Source of the DNA: Magnetococcales bacterium DC0425bin3
GTDB taxonomy: Bacteria > Pseudomonadota > Magnetococcia > Magnetococcales > DC0425bin3
DNA: 64,000 bases
Reading direction: 5' to 3'
NCBI GenBank assembly: GCA_002753665.1
Contig: PEAP01000007.1
Location: forward strand, 529-64,528
The notes under the pieces were generated by a model. That model searched no databases. It saw only the letters and a list, made by a program, of their open reading frames with translations, and was not told where the DNA came from. Position numbers and translations under genes: made by a program. Of the stretch, positions 54,987 to 63,377 are shown one piece after another. How positions within the stretch are numbered: position 1 is the stretch's first letter; every line of letters starts with the position of its first letter.

Positions 54987-55331
54987 ATGGACCAATTCAT
55001 CCAGCGGCTGGAGGCCCTGTTGGATCGGATGGCCGATCCAGAGAAGCTTTCCGCCGAGGAGCTGGCCACCCTGCCCGGCGAGTGGGAACGGGCGGTGCAA
55101 CGGCTGTCCCTGGCGGCGGAAGCTTTTGCCGGGGAGGATGTCCACAAAAAGCGCCCCTTTCGGGAGCGGTTGGAAGCCTTGATGGCGCGGCTGCCCGCCA
55201 TCCAGGAAGGGCTGACCCGCTACCAGGACGAGGTGGCCCGTCAGCTCTACGCCGAAAACCGGCGGGTCCAGGCCATGCGTCAATACCAGTCTGGCCAGAG
55301 CCGGGACCGGTTGCTGCGCACCCGGGTCTGA
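54987..55331 (+). CDS. small helical protein in the FliT position, function unknown
   Basis: 114 aa, all-helical and charged. Last gene before the operon terminator. Assignment rests on position only. Confidence 0.4.
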   Translation: MDQFIQRLEALLDRMADPEKLSAEELATLPGEWERAVQRLSLAAEAFAGEDVHKKRPFRERLEALMARLPAIQEGLTRYQDEVARQLYAENRRVQAMRQYQSGQSRDRLLRTRV

Positions 55332-55353
55332 TCCGCGGTCGTCCCCGATACCA

Positions 55354-55386
55354 CAAAGCCGGGCTTCAGGCCCGGCTTTGCTTTTT
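55354..55386 (+). terminator. canonical Rho-independent terminator of the fliD-fliS operon
   Basis: CAAAGCCGGGC-TTCAG-GCCCGGCTTTG (11-bp perfect stem) followed by CTTTTT. Confidence 0.8.
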
Positions 55387-55405
55387 CCATCCTTCCATCG
55401 AGGGT

Positions 55406-56842
55406 TCAGGATCTCCAGAACCGCGGCAGGAAGAGCATGATCAGGGTAAAGACCTCAAGCCGCCCCAGCACCATGAGGACGGCAAGCAGGATCTTGCCCA
55501 GATCATGGACCGAGGCAAAATTGTCCATGGGGCCGACGGAGCCGATGCCCGGGCCCACGTTGGAAAACGCGGTGAGCGCCGCGGAATAGGCGCTGCCCGT
55601 ATCCATGCCCAGCCCCACCAGGATGATGGTGCCGAGGATGATCGCGACCGCCGCCGCCGAGACCAGGGCCACGGTGGATTCGATGATATCCCGGTCCACC
55701 TCCCGACCGTTGAGCTTGACCATGACCACCCGTTCCGGCATGAGCATGCGGTTGACCACCGTGGAGAAGATGCGCACCGCGATCACCAGACGCACCACCT
55801 TGATGCCGCCTGCGGTGGAGCCGGCCATGGAGCCGGGGATCATGACGCCCACCAGCACGAGTTGGGCGAAGAGGGGCCAGGTTTCCCAGTCGGTGCTGGC
55901 GTAGCCGGTGGTGGTGATAATGGTGACCACCTGGAATAAACCCTGTCTCAGGGCGGTTTCGAGATCCTGCTCCGCCGTGATGGGATGGGCGACCCAGGCG
56001 CAGAAGAGCCCCACCCCCAGGATGATGCCAAGATACCAGCGCAGTTCGTCGTCCCGGTGGATGGCCAAGTCGCCTTTCAACAGCAGCCGGTAGTGCAGGA
56101 CGTAGTTGATCCCGGCCACGGTCATGAAAAAGACGGCCCACCACTGGGCGGCCGGAGAAAAGACGCCAAAACTGGCATTTCGGGTTGAAAAACCGCCGGT
56201 GGCCATGGAGGTGAAGGCATGGTTGACCGCCTCCAGCCAGGTCATGCCGGAAACATGGAAGGCGAGAATGCAGAGCAGGGTGAGGAAGAGATAGATGCTC
56301 CAGAGAATGCGGGCCGTGGTGGCCACCCGGGGCACCAGCTTGTCCTTGCTGGGGCCGGGGACCTCGGCCTTCATGATCTGCAATCCGCCCGCGCCCAGGA
56401 ACGGCAGAATGGCGGTGGCCAGTACCAGCATGCCCATGCCTCCCAGCCACTGGGTGGTCGAGCGCCACAGGAGCAGGGACTGGGGCCAGGCCTCGATATC
56501 GGTCAATACCGAGGATCCGGTGGTGGTAAACCCGGAGGTGGATTCGAACAGGGCGTCGATCCAGCCCAGCCGGCCGGAAAAGACATAGGGCAACGCCCCC
56601 AGAAAGAGGGTGTTCGCCCAGCCCAGGCCCACGGCCAGGACGCCGTCCCGGGCACACAGGTCGGTACTGGCCTTCAGGGTGTAGAAATAGCCCAGCGCCA
56701 GGCCGCAGGCGAAGAGGAAAGAGAGGACATGGTACTGGAGGGGCTCTCCCAGGGAGAAGGCCAGCAGCAGCGCAGGAAGCTGGAACGCCGCCAGCATGGC
56801 TGCAATGACCGACTGGATGCGGAGGGCCATCAGAAAATTCAT
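55406..56842 (-). CDS. trkH: Trk-type potassium uptake protein TrkH
   Basis: 478 aa from MNFLMALRIQ. Polytopic, with TSGFTTTG and TTTGY selectivity-filter-like motifs. Confidence 0.93.
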   Translation of the reverse strand: MNFLMALRIQSVIAAMLAAFQLPALLLAFSLGEPLQYHVLSFLFACGLALGYFYTLKASTDLCARDGVLAVGLGWANTLFLGALPYVFSGRLGWIDALFESTSGFTTTGSSVLTDIEAWPQSLLLWRSTTQWLGGMGMLVLATAILPFLGAGGLQIMKAEVPGPSKDKLVPRVATTARILWSIYLFLTLLCILAFHVSGMTWLEAVNHAFTSMATGGFSTRNASFGVFSPAAQWWAVFFMTVAGINYVLHYRLLLKGDLAIHRDDELRWYLGIILGVGLFCAWVAHPITAEQDLETALRQGLFQVVTIITTTGYASTDWETWPLFAQLVLVGVMIPGSMAGSTAGGIKVVRLVIAVRIFSTVVNRMLMPERVVMVKLNGREVDRDIIESTVALVSAAAVAIILGTIILVGLGMDTGSAYSAALTAFSNVGPGIGSVGPMDNFASVHDLGKILLAVLMVLGRLEVFTLIMLFLPRFWRS

Positions 56843-56852
56843 GCCGGTCCCC

Positions 56853-56976
56853 TTTGCGGCTTTCATCGGTGGCGGGTGGGGGGAGGCTTCCCCCATCCAT
56901 CTAAAGTGACCGATGAAAGTCGCGAAGCGGCTTTTATCGGTGGCGGGTGGAGGGAGGCTTCCCCCATCCATCAAAG
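56853..56976. repeat. REP-like composite, two tandem units (R7), filling the trkA-trkH intercistronic gap
   Basis: GCGGCTTTCATCGGTGGCGGGTGGGGGGAGGCTTCCCCCATCCATC, then ACCGATGAAAGTCGC-GAA-GCGGCTTTTATCGGTGGCGGGTGGAGGGAGGCTTCCCCCATCCATC. Confidence 0.8.
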
Positions 56977-58428
56977 TCAGTGCTTCTGAACGATCAGTTC
57001 ATTGAGGGTGGAAAGCGTTTTCAGAATGGGGGTTACCAGGAGAACCCGATCTCCGGCATGGAGAATCATTTCGCCATGGGGCACGACGGCGCGTCCTGCC
57101 TGAATGGCGGCGGCGATGAGGACGCCAGAGGGGAAGGCGACCTGTCGAATGGGGATCCCATCCAGTTTGGAGCCGGATTCCAGCTCGACCAGCAGGAGGT
57201 TGATCTGCCCGCCGAGCAGCATGGCGGAATCGAGAATGCGCCCCATGTGGATATAGCGCAGGATGGCCCCCACGGCCGAGAGGCGCGGGCTTAGAACGGC
57301 ATCGACATCCAGGGAGGGGGCCATGGCCATGTAGGCCTCGTTGTCCATCATGGTGATGGCGCGCACGGCGCCCAGCTTGCGGGCCAACATGGAGACCAGG
57401 AAATTGACCTCCTGGGTGGGGGTCACCGAAAGAAAGATGGTGTCCTTGTTGACGATGCGCTGCAACAGGCCGGTGTCGGCCACGTCGCCGTGGATGATGA
57501 CGGTCTCTTTCAATTCCGCGGCCAGTTCCCGGCAGCGGTTGAAATCGGGTTCGAGCAGGACGGGTTCGTGTCCCTTCGCCTCCAGTTCCTTGGCGATGAC
57601 AAAAAAGGGCTCGGGCAGGGGGGCCAGCACGAATTTGGGTTGGGTGCGGTATTCCTTGCCGAAGACGGAGAGCAGGGCGGCCATGTTCACGCCGGCCAGC
57701 ACGGTGACGAACACCCGGTCGCCGATCCGCAGGGCGGTGTTGCCCGTGGGCACGAATACCGCGCCGTCCCGATCCACCGTCACCACCAGGATCCGGCGGT
57801 CGAAGCGGGGCACCGCCTCCTTGAGAGGCTTGCCGATCAGCGGGGAGTCCTCTTCCAGGCGAAAGCCGGCGACCCGGATCGCGCCATCGGCGAATTCGGC
57901 CACATCGAAGGCCTGCTGCACCTCCAGGATGGCCATGGCCTTTTCGATGACCGAATGCTCCGGGGAGATGATGACGGTATCCGCCAGATTGGCCGATTGC
58001 CAGAGCAGCTTGTTGTTGAGGTATTCCTCGCCCCTGAGCCGCATGATGATGCGCGCCGTGGGGTTGAGGGAGCGGGCGATGAGGGTGAGGATGATGTTGG
58101 TCTTGTCGAAATTGGTGACCACCAGCACCAGATCGGCCCGGGAGATGCCCGCTTCTTCGAGGACCTTGGGATCCTCTGCCGAGCCCTGCACGATCTGCAC
58201 GTCGTAGCGTTCCCGCAGCTTGTGGACGGTTTCGGGATTGGACTCGATGAACCAGACATCATGGCCCTGATCGGCGATGTGGCGGCCCAGGGCGGTTCCG
58301 ACCAGCCCGGCCCCGAAGATGACGACATGCATGACGCCGGCCACGGTTTTCTGCGCGGGGATCGGAACGGTCGCGGTCGTCCTGGAGGGATTGGTGCCGA
58401 ACAACGTGGACAGGATGTTGCCAGCCAT
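56977..58428 (-). CDS. trkA: Trk system NAD-binding subunit TrkA
   Basis: Two RCK/KTN halves (MHVVIFGAGLVGTALG...; VIIHGD...). Start at MAGNILS, preceded by GAGGA. ATG 58332 is an alternative. Confidence 0.92.
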   Translation of the reverse strand: MAGNILSTLFGTNPSRTTATVPIPAQKTVAGVMHVVIFGAGLVGTALGRHIADQGHDVWFIESNPETVHKLRERYDVQIVQGSAEDPKVLEEAGISRADLVLVVTNFDKTNIILTLIARSLNPTARIIMRLRGEEYLNNKLLWQSANLADTVIISPEHSVIEKAMAILEVQQAFDVAEFADGAIRVAGFRLEEDSPLIGKPLKEAVPRFDRRILVVTVDRDGAVFVPTGNTALRIGDRVFVTVLAGVNMAALLSVFGKEYRTQPKFVLAPLPEPFFVIAKELEAKGHEPVLLEPDFNRCRELAAELKETVIIHGDVADTGLLQRIVNKDTIFLSVTPTQEVNFLVSMLARKLGAVRAITMMDNEAYMAMAPSLDVDAVLSPRLSAVGAILRYIHMGRILDSAMLLGGQINLLLVELESGSKLDGIPIRQVAFPSGVLIAAAIQAGRAVVPHGEMILHAGDRVLLVTPILKTLSTLNELIVQKH

Positions 58429-58457
58429 GGATGTCCTCGGGTCTTCTCGGCTGCTCG

Positions 58458-58832
58458 TCAGTCGAACCCCAGCCGGGTCAGGTCCCGACGATTTTTTTTG
58501 GTGGGACGGCCTCCGGGCAGTGGTTGAATGACTGCCTGGGCCTGGTGCCTGGCGGCCTGAGCCTCCCGGGCCAGCCGGCTTTCTTCGCTTTCCTCGTACA
58601 GCTCCGCCGCCGCCGGGGCGGGTCCCCGGCGGATGGAAAGTCCTTTGATCCGTACCGTGAATTCGTAAGGCCCCTTGCGGATGGTCAACCAGTCGCCCTC
58701 TTTCACTTCCCGGCCCGGTTTGGCCCGGGCTCCCTGAATCTGAACCTTGCCGCCGGCCACCGCTTCCGCGGCCAGGGGGCGGGTCTTGAAGAACCGGGCG
58801 GCCCACAGCCATTTGTCCAGACGAACTTTCAT
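58458..58832 (-). CDS. hslR: S4-domain heat-shock protein 15 (ribosome-associated)
   Basis: MKVRLDKWLWAARFFKTR..A...V.GGKV..NG...KP...V..GD. Confidence 0.85.
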   Translation of the reverse strand: MKVRLDKWLWAARFFKTRPLAAEAVAGGKVQIQGARAKPGREVKEGDWLTIRKGPYEFTVRIKGLSIRRGPAPAAAELYEESEESRLAREAQAARHQAQAVIQPLPGGRPTKKNRRDLTRLGFD

Positions 58833-58897
58833 GAGGGGCGACCCGGTGCGGGTTGGGAGCCGGCCCTGTCCGCTGGACAGGGCCGGCTGGTAAACGA

Positions 58898-60280
58898 TCA
58901 ATGGGCAGATTGTTGGATTGGGATGACGGGTTGGGTGATGGCAGCGGGTTGCTTCAGGGTTTCACCGGCCCGCGGTGTAGGTTCCCAGCCGTTGAAGCCC
59001 AGCAGGATGAAGAATCCGATCACATAGGCCACGATGATGTACCAGCCGTTGCGCAGCCAGGACGCGACGGATTTGGCCTCCGGAAACATGTTGGAAATGG
59101 CCACGCCAGAGGAAGATCCGAACCAGACCATGGAGCCGCCGAACCCCACCGAGAAGGCCAGCATGCCCCAGTCGAAGCCGCCTTGCTTGATGGCCAGGGC
59201 GGTCAGGGGGATGTTGTCGAACACGGCGGAGACGAAGCCCAGCATGTACGCCGTTTCCCAGGAAGCCGCCGGCAGATCGTCCACGGGCATCAAGGAGGCG
59301 CTCGCCACCAGGGAGAGCAGGAACAGGGTGCCCTTCATGTTGGTGACCAGCAGGCTCCAGTCGGGTTGGCGCAGCGGGGCGGTGACCAGCAGTGCCAGCA
59401 TGACCGTCAGGCCGAGGATCGGCACATGGTCGGCCAGTCCGACGAGGACCGCGTTGGCCATGTAATTGGCGACGATGGCTGCGGCCAGGACAAAGAACAC
59501 CACTCCGAAGCGGCCCCAGTCCATGGGTTCGTGATGGGCATCCGGAGAGGCGAGGGCCGAGTGGCGGTTCTGGATGATGGCGGCCGGAACGCCCAGGATG
59601 AACACCGCCGGAACGGCGGCCATATAGGCGTGCAGCACCTGATCGGGGCTGACGCCGGCGATCCACATCATGGTGGTGGTGGTATCCCCCACCACGCTGC
59701 CGGATCCCCCGGCATTGGAGGCGGCCACGATGGCGGCGATGTAGGCGATGTGGACCTTGTGGCGATAGACGACATTGGCGATGGTGCCGCCGATGAGGGC
59801 GGCGGCGATGTTGTCCAGGAAGCTGGACAGCACGAAGATCAGCAGCAGCAGAATCAGCCCTCCCAGCCAGTTGGCGGGCAGGTATTTGGGCAGGGCCTCC
59901 GGGACCCCGCTGCGTTCGAACTGGTTGGCGAGCAGGGCGAAGCCCAGCAGCAGGCACAGGAGATTGGCCAGGATCACCCATTCGTGCTGGAAGTGCAGGC
60001 CCAACCCCAGCAGTCCCGTGCCGTGCTTGAAACCGGTGAACAGCAGCTTGTAGTTGAGGATGAGAAACAGTCCCACCACCCCCACCTGGAAGGTGTAGTC
60101 GTGCAGGACGGCGACGCCCACCAGCACCATGGCGAACATGATGAATTCCAGGGGAATACCGAACAAATCCGGGGAGGAACGGATCAATGTCCCCGCCAGG
60201 ACATTGCCCTCGGCGGCGCAGGCCAGGGAGGGCAAGACGAGCATGCCCAGGATGAGAAACAGGTGACGAAAACGCGGCAT
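58898..60280 (-). CDS. NhaD/ArsB-superfamily ion transporter
   Basis: 460 aa with about 11-12 TM helices and NhaD-like segments (FLDNIAAALIGG, SNAGGSGSVVGDTTTTMMW, FDNIPLTA). Confidence 0.7.
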   Translation of the reverse strand: MPRFRHLFLILGMLVLPSLACAAEGNVLAGTLIRSSPDLFGIPLEFIMFAMVLVGVAVLHDYTFQVGVVGLFLILNYKLLFTGFKHGTGLLGLGLHFQHEWVILANLLCLLLGFALLANQFERSGVPEALPKYLPANWLGGLILLLLIFVLSSFLDNIAAALIGGTIANVVYRHKVHIAYIAAIVAASNAGGSGSVVGDTTTTMMWIAGVSPDQVLHAYMAAVPAVFILGVPAAIIQNRHSALASPDAHHEPMDWGRFGVVFFVLAAAIVANYMANAVLVGLADHVPILGLTVMLALLVTAPLRQPDWSLLVTNMKGTLFLLSLVASASLMPVDDLPAASWETAYMLGFVSAVFDNIPLTALAIKQGGFDWGMLAFSVGFGGSMVWFGSSSGVAISNMFPEAKSVASWLRNGWYIIVAYVIGFFILLGFNGWEPTPRAGETLKQPAAITQPVIPIQQSAH

Positions 60281-60455
60281 GGCCAGATTATCCTTTGCAA
60301 TGAAAGGCGTTCATTGGGCACCACGGTGGCGCGGAACGCGATAGGAGACTGGGGTGAATGATCGGACTGGGGGGAAGAAACTTGAGGGTCCTTTCGATGC
60401 CAGGACAAACTCAGGGACGGGGGCGGGACGGGGGGCCAAACGTTCACCAACCCCG

Positions 60456-62255
60456 TCAGCGAACGGGCAGTTCTCCGGCAGCCACCGCCCTCAACCTGCC
60501 GGCCGCCACATGGCCGGGATCGCGGGTCAATGCGGCGTCCAGGTGGATCAGGGCCTCTTGAGGCCGCTGCAATTTTAGCAGGGCATAGCCCAGTTCGAAA
60601 GGGGGGACGGCCCCTGCGGGATCCAGCCGCCGGGCCTGCTCCAGGGGGGCCAGGGCCTCCTGGTGGCGGCGCAGGCGGTTGAGGGTGCGGCCCAGGTCCA
60701 GATGGACGGCGGCGTCCCGGGGCAGCCCGGCGGCGGCTCGGTCCAGATGGGGCAGGGAGGCTGCGAGGCGGCCCTGTTTCAGAAGAATCCTGGCCAGGAG
60801 AGCATGCAACCGGGGGTCCCGGGGTTCCAGCCGGAGCGCCGCCCGGAAGTGGTATTCCGCCCGGCGGTGACGGCCCAGCAGGTCCTGGGCGCGGCCGGTC
60901 ATGCGATGGGTGGCGGCATCCCGGGGATCGGCCTCCAGGGACCGCCAGTACCAGCCGGAGGCCTCGGCCCAGCGGCCCTGGTTGTGGAGGGCCAGTCCCA
61001 CCAGGCGCAACCCGTTGGGGTTGGGGCCGGTGATGGCCAGGGAATGACGGAACAGGAGTTCCGGATCCTGCCACAGGGCGGTCTGGCGCTGGGTGAGGAG
61101 GCCCAGGGCCAAGATGAGACCCGCCGCCAACAGCGGGCGTGCCCGCCGGGCCAACGTCCCGGTGGGCCACCGGCGGTCGGCTTCCCACACCATGGCGACG
61201 AAGAGGCCCAGCAGGGGCAGGTAGGTGAAGCGGTCGGCCCGGGCCTGGGTGCTGATCTGCACCAGTCCGATCACCGGCGCCAGGGTGATCAGGAACCACA
61301 ACAGACCCCAGAGCAGATGGGGTCCCCGGCGGCGCTGGTGCCAGGCCCAGCCCCCCAGGACGCCCAGCAGGACGGCGGCGGCCGCCAGATCCACCCCGGC
61401 CCAGTTCCGGCCCGGATGGGAATGGAAGAAGGCCAGTTGCAGCGGCCAGACGGCGTCCTTCAAGTAGGCGCCGTAAGAGATGGTCGCCTGGGCCACCCGG
61501 TCGCCCGGGGGGAGGAGCGCCAGGCTGGCCATGCCTCCGGTGCTGTGGGCATAGGCCAGGGCCGTGGCCAGGGCACAGCCCAGGGCCACCAACAACAGGG
61601 GGATCTTTTCCCGCAGCAGGGGCCCATGCCCCTGGGACAGACGCCCCAGGGGCCAATGGTCCAGAAGCAGCAGAACCACCGGCAGGGTCACCGCCATGGG
61701 TTTGGCCATCAGGGAGAGCAGAAAGAGCCCCAGCACCGGCAGGAGGGGACCCAGGCCCAGGGGTGCCGTCCGGCGGGCCGTGGCCCGCTGGTAGGCCAGC
61801 AGGGCCAGCAGGAAGAACAGGGTGAAGAGGACATCCTTGCGTTCGGTGAGCCAGACCACCGACTCCACCCGCAGGGGGTGGACGGCGAACAGCGCCGCCA
61901 CCAGAAAGGCCCGGCCCGTCGCCCCGGTGAGCCGCTGCAGCAGGACCATGACCAGCAGGGTGTTGGCGGCGTGGAAGCCCAGGTTGACCAGGTGCATGGT
62001 CCCCCAGTCGGCGCCGAACAGTCCCCGGTCCACCATCAGGGAGAGCCAGGTGAGGGGCAGCCAGTGGCCCGATTCCAGATTGGTGAAGGCCCAGAGGATG
62101 CCCTCCAGGGTCGGCCCCGCGGCCACCAGGGGATGTTCCAGGTAGAGGGGATCGTCCACCGGAATGATGCCGAAGTGCCGCGCCTGGAGGAACGGCAGCA
62201 GGGCGATGGGGATCAGCAATGCCGGCAGGACGAAACGGGAGATGCTCAGGGGCAT
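60456..62255 (-). CDS. polytopic membrane protein with C-terminal TPR repeats (PMT/GT39-like, DUF1736-type)
   Basis: 599 aa from MPLSISRF. The N-terminal ~390 aa is multi-TM (AVHPLRVESVVW, MAKPMAVTLP) and the C-terminal ~200 aa is TPR. The 964-aa ORF-track product is an upstream over-extension. Confidence 0.7.
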   Translation of the reverse strand: MPLSISRFVLPALLIPIALLPFLQARHFGIIPVDDPLYLEHPLVAAGPTLEGILWAFTNLESGHWLPLTWLSLMVDRGLFGADWGTMHLVNLGFHAANTLLVMVLLQRLTGATGRAFLVAALFAVHPLRVESVVWLTERKDVLFTLFFLLALLAYQRATARRTAPLGLGPLLPVLGLFLLSLMAKPMAVTLPVVLLLLDHWPLGRLSQGHGPLLREKIPLLLVALGCALATALAYAHSTGGMASLALLPPGDRVAQATISYGAYLKDAVWPLQLAFFHSHPGRNWAGVDLAAAAVLLGVLGGWAWHQRRRGPHLLWGLLWFLITLAPVIGLVQISTQARADRFTYLPLLGLFVAMVWEADRRWPTGTLARRARPLLAAGLILALGLLTQRQTALWQDPELLFRHSLAITGPNPNGLRLVGLALHNQGRWAEASGWYWRSLEADPRDAATHRMTGRAQDLLGRHRRAEYHFRAALRLEPRDPRLHALLARILLKQGRLAASLPHLDRAAAGLPRDAAVHLDLGRTLNRLRRHQEALAPLEQARRLDPAGAVPPFELGYALLKLQRPQEALIHLDAALTRDPGHVAAGRLRAVAAGELPVR

Positions 62256-62273
62256 GGGGGTCGCGGCTAAACT

Positions 62274-62345
62274 TTGCATGGATGGGGGAGACTTCCCTCC
62301 ACCCTCCACCGATGAAAGTTGCTCCGCGACTTTCATCGGTAAATG
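62274..62345. repeat. REP-like element, full unit, reverse orientation (R8)
   Basis: GGATGGGGGAGACTTCCCTCCACCCTCC followed by ACCGATGAAAGTTGC-TCC-GCGACTTTCATCGGT. Confidence 0.75.
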
Positions 62346-62438
62346 GGAAAGGGGCGGAGGGGGCATGTGTGCCCCTCCGGAAATGGTGTTACACTCGGGG
62401 CCGGTCTTCCCGCAACCCCAACCGTCAACACCTCGGCC

Positions 62439-63377
62439 ATGATCGATCCTGCGCGCCCTCTCCCGTCTCCCCCCCCGCCCCTGGACGAACTTCTGGTCCG
62501 GGTGGGCGGGATCATCCTGGGCAAGGAACGGCAGATTCGTCTGGCCGTGGCCTGCCTGCTGGCCCGGGGGCATCTGCTGATCCAGGACCGTCCTGGGGTG
62601 GGCAAGACCACCCTGGCCCAGGCTCTGGCCCGTTCCCTGGGGGCGGGCTTCCGCCGCATCCAGTTCACCAGCGACCTGCTGCCGGCGGATGTGCTGGGGG
62701 TTTCGGTCTACGACCGCCACACCGAGGCGTTTCGGTTTCATCCCGGCCCGATCTTTTCCCAGGTGATCCTGGCCGACGAGATCAACCGGGCCATGCCCAA
62801 GGCCCAGAGCGCCCTGCTGGAGGCCATGGAGGAGGGGCGGGTGACGGTGGAGGGGGAAACCCGTCCCCTGCCCGAGCCCTTTTTTGTCATCGCCACCCAG
62901 AACCCGTTGGACCGCGCCGGCACCTTTCCCCTGCCCCAGTCCCAGTTGGACCGGTTTCTCATGTGTCTGGATCTGGGCTATCCCGATGCCCGCTCGGAAC
63001 GCGCCCTGCTGGAGGGGATACCCCGCCGGCGGCTGCTGGCGGACCTGACTGCGGTGCTGGATCCCGCCGCCCTGTCCGGTCTGCAGGTCCGGGTGGACCG
63101 GATTCATGCCGCGGCCCCTCTGCTGGATTACATCCAGGATCTGCTGGCCTATTCCCGCACCTCGGTTCATTTTCGGGCCGGGCTTTCCCCCCGGGCCGGC
63201 CTGGGACTGCTGGCGGCGTCCCGGGCCTGGGCCTTCCTGGCCGGGCGGGAGGAGGTGTTGCCGGAGGATGTCCAGGCGGTGCTGCACGGGGTGGTGGGCC
63301 ATCGCCTCGTGCCCGTTGTCGGGTCGGAGGGGGAAGATCCCTCCAACCATCTGGCCGCCGCGGTCCCCATCCCCTGA
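62439..63377 (+). CDS. moxR: MoxR-family AAA+ ATPase
   Basis: Walker A DRPGVGKTTLAQALA, Walker B ILADEINRA, and VIATQNP. Confidence 0.92.
   Translation: MIDPARPLPSPPPPLDELLVRVGGIILGKERQIRLAVACLLARGHLLIQDRPGVGKTTLAQALARSLGAGFRRIQFTSDLLPADVLGVSVYDRHTEAFRFHPGPIFSQVILADEINRAMPKAQSALLEAMEEGRVTVEGETRPLPEPFFVIATQNPLDRAGTFPLPQSQLDRFLMCLDLGYPDARSERALLEGIPRRRLLADLTAVLDPAALSGLQVRVDRIHAAAPLLDYIQDLLAYSRTSVHFRAGLSPRAGLGLLAASRAWAFLAGREEVLPEDVQAVLHGVVGHRLVPVVGSEGEDPSNHLAAAVPIP

Noticed and set aside
56853-56976. Tandem repeat units considered as a mini-CRISPR array. Also the ORFs starting MDGGSLPPP, MEGGFPHP and MMDGGSLPPPATDKSR.
   Set aside because: There are only two units and no unique spacers. The same unit is dispersed singly in both orientations elsewhere, and no cas genes are present. 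The ORFs are translations of the REP-like repeat, not proteins.
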